A DNA stretch of 64,000 bases from Botryllus schlosseri (lineage: Eukaryota): assembly GCA_051294905.1 (NCBI GenBank), contig CM119371.1:14758001-14822000 (forward strand), read 5' to 3'. The position numbers and the translations under genes are program-made. Below are positions 62,645 through 64,000 of the stretch, one piece after another (position 1 is the first letter of the stretch; every line of letters begins with the position of its first letter). The notes beneath the pieces were generated by a model. That model did not search any database and was not told the DNA's origin. It saw only the letters and a program-made list of their open reading frames with translations.

Positions 62645-62800
62645 CGTGCTGTGGACATGGAGAGACTCGTCATGGACGCGTCTGACCTAGCCTGGACGTC
62701 ACGTGGTTACCTATGGACGCGCCTGACGTACTGTGGACATGACGTCACTCCCTATGGACACGCCTGACGTACTGTGGACATGACGCCACTCCCTATGGAA
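62645..62800. repeat. 41-bp tandem repeat, probably subterminal to a transposon end starting CCCAGCAAACAC at 62504
   Basis: CTATGGAC.CGCCTGACGTACTGTGGACATGACG.CACTCC at 62711 and 62752, partial at 62793, with degenerate units upstream. Confidence 0.75.
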
Positions 62801-64000
62801 CTGTCATTCGCCCCCTTTATCATCTACACTCCATACCTGGTTCAACGCCTCACGACTAACAACATGGGATACAACATCATATCAGCTCACACACAGCGTA
62901 TATTGGGCGAGTGGGGAATGAAACTGGCAAAATACAAATACGATATTGGTTATTATCAACGAAACTACAACTATCTAATTTACGAAACACAAAATGTGAA
63001 ATAAGGCGAGAACTACTACCACTCAACACAGTCAAGGCTGAAGTAAAAAATCATATTGCGACAAGCAATCACAGAAAATGTGTTTTAGCAAACAGCAACT
63101 GCTAATACCACTCAAACTAATGACAAATAGTCAAAGTAAAAAAGCATTAATTACATAAAAAAAGGTGTCACAGGAATATAAGACACTGCAACTGTTGGGA
63201 CAACTTGAAGCTAATGGAACAGTCCATGTGCAAAAGATTGATGAAATGAAAGAATGGTATCGCAGGAATAAAGTAACCGCAACAATTTAAAACGAGCATT
63301 ACAAAAAGCGTTCAGTAAAAATTCACTCTGCAAGAATTAAATCAATGCACCGTTTGCAGATGTCGAGTGCCTATTCTTTTTCTTCGTCAATCACAAGTGG
63401 CTGCACCAAAACGTTTTTTCTCGGCGCTTGTGGCTGAAATATATACAGCAATGTCAGTGAATTCCGCATGTTGCCTATTTCTGCTCGAAGTAGTTATACA
63501 ACGCCTTGGAAAGTGCTACATATGCTTCACTACAGATTTACGTTACTTACCGGTACATGTCTGCTTGAGAACTAACTCCTGTTCGACGGAGACCACTTCT
63601 CGAGTACTTATCAACTTATATTTCTACTTCCACTTGAAATAATCTTGACATACCTTGAAAATTGCTACATCTACTTCAGTTGAAATTTATGATGTTACTT
63701 CTACTTCATCAGCTTAAGTACCAAAAACGACTACTTTTACTTCGGCTACCCATGTTCGGACCATTACATGGTAAAAGAATGAAACATTACAACCCAATCT
63801 ACCATTTCCAAACAACTCGAGTACCTTTCAACTTCAATTTCAACTTGGAGTAGTTTTAACATACTTCGTAAATCATTACATACTCCAGTATAAATTCCTG
63901 TTACTTCTACTTCCACTAGAGTCCCAACGTTGAATACTTTAATTTGTTAAATGCCACTTACGGTTATATGCAAAAATCAAGCGACACCTCGACCAAATTT

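Noticed and set aside
62645..62800. CRISPR-like appearance of the 41-bp repeats (also the 15-bp repeats at 45290-45360)
   Set aside because: Contiguous tandem units with no unique spacers, no cas genes, eukaryotic context.

Overview
AT-rich animal (eukaryotic) DNA. The window looks invertebrate and possibly ascidian, but that is inference only. It holds a head-to-tail, all + strand tandem cluster of BTB-BACK-Kelch (KLHL-like) genes whose coding regions have no introns. There are four complete intact ORFs, one running off the left edge, one deletion-fused chimeric pseudogene, one frameshift/nonsense pseudogene, one otherwise intact gene split by a 4.1-kb PIF/Harbinger element, and two tiny fragments. 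Paralogue differences concentrate in the Kelch loops that form the substrate-binding face in KLHL proteins. The spacers are packed with nested transposons, most of them delimited by TIRs and target-site duplications (TSDs). These include a Mag-like Gypsy element with apparently identical 135-bp LTRs, sitting inside a decayed hAT element that itself appears to sit in an older Gypsy gag. Also present are a 3-kb palindromic hAT foldback composite and a 3.5-kb long-TIR element carrying a predicted two-exon C2H2 zinc-finger gene with a P-transposase-C-terminus-like motif. pogo-like and many hAT MITEs, a tRNA-derived SINE and CR1/L2 LINE 3' ends complete the set. A ~5.5-kb segmental duplication links 13053-18518 to 38691-46400. 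All alignments were done by eye, with no database searches.
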